The notes below the pieces were generated by a model. That model worked only from the letters and a program-made list of their open reading frames with translations, made no database searches and was not told where the DNA came from. This document shows, piece by piece, positions 54,515 through 58,684 of a DNA stretch of 58,684 bases; the stretch's first letter is position 1; the number at the start of each line of letters is the position of its first letter. A program made the position numbers and the translations under genes. Source of the stretch: Thermoleophilaceae bacterium (lineage in GTDB: Bacteria > Actinomycetota > Thermoleophilia > Solirubrobacterales > Thermoleophilaceae); assembly GCA_045805345.1 (NCBI GenBank), contig JBJMLK010000141.1, positions 1 through 58,684 of the forward strand, given 5' to 3'.

Positions 54515-54874
54515 GTGCTGCAGCACGTGAGCCTGGAGGTCGGCCGCGACGTGGTCGAGCGGTGCGCCGCGTTCTGGGAGCTGCTCGGCTTCGCGCGCGT
54601 CGAGCCGCCGCCGGCGCTGCGCGACCGCGCCACCTGGCTCGAGCGCGACGGCACCCAGGTGCACCTGATGCTGGTCGACGACCCGGTCGTGCCGCCGCAG
54701 GGACACGCGGCAGTGGTGGCGCCGGACTACGACGCCACGCTCGCGGCGCTGCGGGGGGCCGGCTTCGACCCCGAGCCGCGGAGCGAGCACTGGGGCGTAC
54801 CGCGCTCTTTCGTGCGCGACCCGCTCGGGCACCGCGTGGAGGTGATGTCGGCGCCGCCGCCGCGGTCGCGATGA
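54515..54874 (+). CDS. VOC/glyoxalase family protein
   Basis: 119 aa. Blocks MLQHVSLEV, GTQVHLM, QGHAAVV and RDPLGHRVEV. Confidence 0.8.
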   Translation: MLQHVSLEVGRDVVERCAAFWELLGFARVEPPPALRDRATWLERDGTQVHLMLVDDPVVPPQGHAAVVAPDYDATLAALRGAGFDPEPRSEHWGVPRSFVRDPLGHRVEVMSAPPPRSR

Positions 54875-55695
54875 GGACCGCCGTGGTCGGGCACGTGGAG
54901 TGCGTCGAGTTCGCGAGCGTCGCGCGCGTGCCGGTCGCGGGGGAGATCGTCGCGGCGCGGAGGACCTGGACCGCGGCCGCGGGCGGCGGCGGCGTGGCCG
55001 CCGTGCAGCTCGCGCGGCTGGCCGGCGAGTGCACGCTCTACACGGCCCTCGGGGACGACGAGCTCGGCCGGCGCTCGCGCGACGAGCTCGAGTCGCTCGG
55101 TGTACGCGTGGTCGCGGCCAACCGCGCCGGCGAGTCCACGCGGCGCGCGTTCACGTTCGTGGACGACGACGGCGAGCGCACGATCACCGTGCTCGGCGAG
55201 CGACTGCAGCCGGAGCGCGACGACCCGCTCCCGTGGGACGAGCTCGGCGACGTCGACGCCGTGTACTTCACGGCCGGCGGCGCCGACACGCTCCGGGCCG
55301 CGCGCGCCGCTCGCACGGTGGTCGCCACCGCCCGAGTCATGGACGTGATCGTGGCGGCCGCGGTGCGGCTGGACGCCGTGGTCGGCAGCGGCGCCGACAC
55401 AGCGGAGCGCTACCGGGAGTACGAGCCGGCACCGGCGCTCGTGGTCGCGACCGCCGGCGCCGCGGGCGGGACGTGGACGGCGGCCGAGGGGCGCACCGGC
55501 AAGTGGGCCGCGGCATCGCCCCCCGGTCCGATCGCCGACGCGTACGGCTGCGGCGACAGCTTCGCCGCCGGCCTCACCTTCGCACTCGCGGACGGGCGCG
55601 AGACCGGTGACGCGCTCGAGCTCGCAGCGCGCTGCGGCGCGGTGTGCCTGACCGGCCACGGGCCATACGAGCGCCAGCTGACCCTCGCCCGGTGA
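54871..55695 (+). CDS. PfkB-family carbohydrate kinase (ribokinase-like)
   Basis: The ATG at 54871 overlaps the upstream stop (ATGA). Contains AGGGGVAAV and the C-terminal anion-hole block DAYGCGDSFAAGL. Confidence 0.85.
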   Translation: MRTAVVGHVECVEFASVARVPVAGEIVAARRTWTAAAGGGGVAAVQLARLAGECTLYTALGDDELGRRSRDELESLGVRVVAANRAGESTRRAFTFVDDDGERTITVLGERLQPERDDPLPWDELGDVDAVYFTAGGADTLRAARAARTVVATARVMDVIVAAAVRLDAVVGSGADTAERYREYEPAPALVVATAGAAGGTWTAAEGRTGKWAAASPPGPIADAYGCGDSFAAGLTFALADGRETGDALELAARCGAVCLTGHGPYERQLTLAR

Positions 55696-55772
55696 CCCGG
55701 GCACGCGCCGCGCGCGTATTCGATCGCGCACGAACGCGAGCGCTCGGCGCCCGCTTTCGAGTGCTTCACATA

Positions 55773-55812
55773 CGAATGCATTCGCGTGTTCCGGGGTAAG
55801 CGACACGGGTAC
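55773..55812 (+). promoter_or_regulatory. Candidate SigB/SigF-type stress promoter GTGTT-N16-GGGTAC abutted by the 12-bp palindrome CGAATGCATTCG
   Basis: Palindrome at 55773..55784. GTGTT at 55786..55790. GGGTAC at 55807..55812, about 50 nt upstream of the YciE-like GTG, which has its own GGAAGGGG Shine-Dalgarno sequence. Confidence 0.4.
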
Positions 55813-55861
55813 CCGAACTCGCAACTTACGCACGCGACCAAAACGGAAGGGGCAAGACCAA

Positions 55862-56884
55862 GTGGCTGATCTGCAGGCCAAGGACTTGAAGTTGATCCAG
55901 TACCTCAACGAGGCGTACGGCAAGGAGAAGCAGCTCGAGACGGCGCTCACCGCGCACATCCAGATGACGACGCGCGCGCCGTACAAGAAGCGCCTACAGC
56001 AGCACCTGACCGAGACCAAGCGGCACGCCCGCGAGGTCGAGCGGCGCATCAAGAAGCTCGGCGGCAAGGCCGACGAGGTGAGCGTCCCGGGTCCGGATGC
56101 CGTGACCGAGGCCGCGACGAGCGCGCTCGAGCTGGCCAGGCGAGGCGCGGCTGCGCTTCAGGGACCGATCCACGTCCTGCGCGGCACCGGCGAGCAGGAG
56201 AAGCTCCTCAAGAACGCCAAGACGGAGTTCCAGGACGAGGCCGAGGAGATCGCGACCTACCTCTCGATCGAGCACCTCGCGAACCTGGTCGGCGACAAGG
56301 AGACCGCCAAGCTCGCGAAGAGCATCCGCCGCGAGGAGGAGCGCATGCGCGACTTCCTCGGCCGGCTGATCCCGCAGCTCACGAAGGCGGTCGCGACCGA
56401 GGAGATCCCGGCCGCCGAGCGCAAGACCGGACGCCGCGGCAGCCGGCGCGCGTCGTCGCGCCGCAGCTCGTCCTCGAGCTCGCGCTCGTCGGGCTCGCGG
56501 TCGTCGAGCTCGCGGTCGTCCGGCTCGAGCTCCTCGCGCTCGCGGTCCGGGTCGAGCTCGAGCAGTCGATCGTCGGGCAGCCGCTCGGGCGGCTCGCGCT
56601 CGAGCAGCTCCCGGGCGTCAAGCAGCCGTTCGTCGGGCAGCCGTTCGGGTGGCACCCGGTCGTCGGGCACCCGGTCGTCGGGCACCCGGTCGTCGGGCAG
56701 CCGTTCGGGTGGCAGCCGTTCGTCGGGTACCCGTTCGTCGGGCAGCCGGTCGGGCGGCTCGCGCTCGAGCAGCTCGCGGTCGTCGGGCACCCGTTCCTCG
56801 GCCAGCCGTTCGGGGGGCACCCGCTCGTCGGGCAGCCGTTCGGGGGGCTCGCGCTCCGGCAGCTCGCGCTCCAAGTCCAGCTAG
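55862..56884 (+). CDS. Ferritin-like YciE/DUF892 family protein with a ~150-aa Ser/Arg/Gly repeat tail
   Basis: The N-terminal ~185 aa (LIQYLNEAYGKEKQLETALTAHI...EIATYLSIEHLA...) resemble YciE/DUF892 four-helix-bundle proteins. Residues ~188-340 are almost entirely S, R, G and T. Confidence 0.85.
   Translation: MADLQAKDLKLIQYLNEAYGKEKQLETALTAHIQMTTRAPYKKRLQQHLTETKRHAREVERRIKKLGGKADEVSVPGPDAVTEAATSALELARRGAAALQGPIHVLRGTGEQEKLLKNAKTEFQDEAEEIATYLSIEHLANLVGDKETAKLAKSIRREEERMRDFLGRLIPQLTKAVATEEIPAAERKTGRRGSRRASSRRSSSSSSRSSGSRSSSSRSSGSSSSRSRSGSSSSSRSSGSRSGGSRSSSSRASSSRSSGSRSGGTRSSGTRSSGTRSSGSRSGGSRSSGTRSSGSRSGGSRSSSSRSSGTRSSASRSGGTRSSGSRSGGSRSGSSRSKSS
56423..56881 (+). repeat. Coding tandem repeat region (15- and 30-nt units encoding SGTRS / SGSRSGGSRS)
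   Basis: An example is GGCACCCGGTCGTCG repeated three times in tandem near 56650..56694, flanked by related units. The region is in frame with the YciE-like domain. Confidence 0.8.
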
Positions 56885-56912
56885 CCCTCAGCTAGCCCTC
56901 GGCTTCGGCGCA

Positions 56913-56930
56913 GGCCCCGCACGCGGGGCC
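56913..56930 (+). terminator. GC hairpin GGCCCCGC-AC-GCGGGGCC downstream of the YciE-like gene
   Basis: An 8-bp inverted repeat lies 29 nt after the stop. There is no T-tract, and it abuts the GTG of the next ORF. Confidence 0.35.
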
Positions 56931-56932
56931 AC

Positions 56933-57805
56933 GTGGAGGGGCGGCGCGTGCGCTCGGGCACGCGCCGCTACCTTCGTCCTGTGGCACTCACCCGAGGCAG
57001 GGGACCGTTCGGGGACAGCCCGGGCGGCGACTTCAACTTCGATCCCCCGCACGAGCGGGCGGTCATCTACTTCGAGGACTTCGACCGCCGGATCCGCGCG
57101 ACGTTCGCGGGCGAGACCGTCGTCGACAGCCGGCACGCGAAGCTGCTGCACGAGCAGCGGCACCTGCCGATCCTGTACTTCCCGGAGGCCGAGGTGCGGA
57201 CCGACCTGCTCGAGCCGACCGAGCACCGAACGCGCTGCCCGTGGAAGGGCGAGGCGCGCCACTGGTCGCTCGTGGTGGGTGGCCGGGTGTCGGAGAACGC
57301 GGCCTGGAGCTACCCCGAGCCGATCGAGACCGCGCCGTGGCTGGCGGGGCACTTCGCGTTCTACTGGGACCGGGTGGACGGGTGGCTGGAGGAGGACGAG
57401 GAGCTGATCGGACACGTGCGCGATCCGTACCACCGGGTGGACGTGCTCGACAGCTCGCGCCAGGTGCGCGTCGAGCTGGACGGCGAGCTGCTGGCCGACA
57501 CGGGTCGGGCCCGGGTGCTGTACGAGGCGGGCCTGCCGCCACGCTGGTACATCCCGCGCGAGGACGTGCGCGCCGAGGTCCTGACCGAGAGCGACACCCG
57601 GTCGGTGTGCGCCTACAAGGGCGTCGCCTCGTACCACTCCGTGAGCACGCCCGCGGGCGTCGCGGACGACCTGGTCTGGTTCTACCCCGACCCGCGCGAG
57701 GATGCGCGGCGCGTGCGCGACTACCTCTGCTTCTTCAACGAGCGCGTCGACCTCTACGTGGACGGCGAGCTGCAGGAGCGGCCCGAGAGCCCCTGGAGTC
57801 GCTGA
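56933..57805 (+). CDS. Tandem DUF427 domain protein
   Basis: Two DUF427-like units carry the conserved motifs CPWKGEARHWSL and CAYKGVASYHSV, plus YFPEAEV / YIPREDV. The start is uncertain (GTG 56933 or 56981). Confidence 0.75.
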   Translation: MEGRRVRSGTRRYLRPVALTRGRGPFGDSPGGDFNFDPPHERAVIYFEDFDRRIRATFAGETVVDSRHAKLLHEQRHLPILYFPEAEVRTDLLEPTEHRTRCPWKGEARHWSLVVGGRVSENAAWSYPEPIETAPWLAGHFAFYWDRVDGWLEEDEELIGHVRDPYHRVDVLDSSRQVRVELDGELLADTGRARVLYEAGLPPRWYIPREDVRAEVLTESDTRSVCAYKGVASYHSVSTPAGVADDLVWFYPDPREDARRVRDYLCFFNERVDLYVDGELQERPESPWSR

Positions 57806-58684
57806 GCCGAACGGCCGCCGGCGCCGTCGACCGCCACGAGCAGACGGCCGCAGGCGCGCCGCCGCAGGCGGAACGCGCCCGACGGCGACAGCCGCACGCG
57901 ACGACCTCCGACGGTCACGCGCACCCGTGACGCCGCCTCGCCGGCCTGCCCCTGCCACCTCGAGTCGCGCGAGGTGACGGCGTCGAGGAAGGTATCCATC
58001 ACGTTCGGCGGCACCGGGTAGGGCGGGATCTCGAACGCGTACGGCGTGCGCCAGCCGTAGGTGAACCAGCGGCTGCGGCGACTCGCATCGCCCTTCGCCT
58101 GGAACCGCGACCGGACCTCGGCGGCGCGGTCGGGATCCGGTGGGTGTGCCGACCCGAGGTAGCCCGATCGCGTGCGCCGCACGCGCAGGAGCGGCCGTTC
58201 CGCGACGAGCAGCGTCGTGCCGAGCCGCCCGGCGCCGGCCGCCTGCGCGGCGGCCGCGAGGAACGCACCGGCCTGTGCATGGATGGCCCGGTCGCGAAGC
58301 GCCACGAGTCGCCGCGGCGCGCCGACCACCAGCGACAGCTCGCGCCGCAGTCGCACCGCCGCGCGGCCCCAGGACGCCCGCCCGTCGTACGCCTTCAGGA
58401 AGCGGCGGTTCAGGCGCACGAAGCTCGGCGCCTCGGCGAGGTCGAGCTTGGTCGACCAGCTCGTCTCGGCCCATGCGCGCAGGGTTGCCCGCACAAGCCG
58501 GCCGGCCGCCGCAAGCCCGTGCGCATCGGTGGCCAGCGTGCGCGGATGGGCGGCCAGCCCGCGCACGGCGCGCAGCCACGACGCGCGCCGCTCGTAGCCG
58601 CGCGGGTTGCGCATCCAGTCGCCGGCGGTCGCGAGCGGCAGCAGGTTGAGGTCCGCCTCGTTCATCGGGTTGAGGAAGAACCCG
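57754..58684 (-). CDS. C-terminal part of a GH84-like beta-N-acetylglucosaminidase (5' end beyond the window)
   Basis: The reading frame is open to the right edge. GFFLNPMNEADLNLLPLATAGDWMRNPRGY resembles the end of the GH84 catalytic barrel, and helical and Ig-like regions follow. It overlaps the DUF427 3' end by 52 nt in convergent orientation. Confidence 0.55.
   Translation of the reverse strand, partial: GFFLNPMNEADLNLLPLATAGDWMRNPRGYERRASWLRAVRGLAAHPRTLATDAHGLAAAGRLVRATLRAWAETSWSTKLDLAEAPSFVRLNRRFLKAYDGRASWGRAAVRLRRELSLVVGAPRRLVALRDRAIHAQAGAFLAAAAQAAGAGRLGTTLLVAERPLLRVRRTRSGYLGSAHPPDPDRAAEVRSRFQAKGDASRRSRWFTYGWRTPYAFEIPPYPVPPNVMDTFLDAVTSRDSRWQGQAGEAASRVRVTVGGRRVRLSPSGAFRLRRRACGRLLVAVDGAGGRSAQRLQGLSGRSCSSPST

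Noticed and set aside
56257-56874. A 205-aa antisense ORF opposite the Ser/Arg repeat tail, encoding a striking (P/L)(D/E)ER-type repeat.
   Set aside because: It is the mirror image of the AGC/CGG/TCG repeat codons. The plus-strand frame is contiguous with a bona fide YciE-like domain and has a Shine-Dalgarno sequence and a promoter. The antisense ORF has no start context or domain.
56423-56881. A possible CRISPR-like periodic repeat.
   Set aside because: The units are 15-30 nt, directly tandem with no unique spacers, and in frame within a CDS. No cas genes are present in the window.
57754-57805. A 52-nt convergent overlap between the DUF427 gene and the GH84-like gene, considered as a possible antisense regulatory arrangement.
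   Set aside because: This is most simply explained by a stop-poor GC-rich 3' extension of one or both ORFs. I have no independent evidence for function.

Overview
Very GC-rich bacterial chromosomal window. GC content was judged by eye, not computed. The gene content points to Actinomycetota, possibly a deep-branching Thermoleophilia/Rubrobacteria-like lineage; this is inference only. The supporting genes are a SARP/AfsR-type regulator, a PucR regulator, a DUF385/F420-type reductase, a membrane acyl-CoA desaturase, and several leaderless-type promoters.

About 57 protein-coding genes are densely packed on both strands, and many are translationally coupled through ATGA/GTGA overlaps. I saw no rRNA, tRNA, CRISPR array, transposase, integrase or phage genes.

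Recognisable blocks:
- A complete SUF Fe-S assembly operon in an unusual order: Rrf2 regulator, sufC, sufS, sufU, Rieske, sufB, sufD.
- A set of secreted hydrolases: GH5, penicillin acylase, S8 protease with an FG-GAP propeller, a BNR/sialidase-like protein, GH15, M16, M20, a LAS peptidase and a partial GH84.
- A minus-strand methyltransferase / glycosyltransferase / 2x alpha-beta-hydrolase operon. It lies divergent from a 1350-aa regulator that fuses a SARP DNA-binding module, a class III nucleotidyl cyclase domain, a STAND ATPase and TPR repeats.

The most unusual observations:
1. The SARP-cyclase-STAND fusion has three 11-bp-phased heptamers in its divergent promoter region.
2. A family of intergenic elements occurs at 3 loci. 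Each has a conserved 24-nt box followed by a nested hairpin whose outer stem shows compensatory changes.
3. A ferritin-like YciE/DUF892 protein carries a ~150-aa Ser/Arg/Gly repeat tail behind a SigB/SigF-like promoter.
4. Two paralogous small secreted proteins bracket the regulator-centred cluster.
5. One gene is frameshifted, and a GH15 gene has no canonical start codon upstream of its conserved N-terminus.

All functional calls come from reading motifs in the supplied translations. No database search was run.
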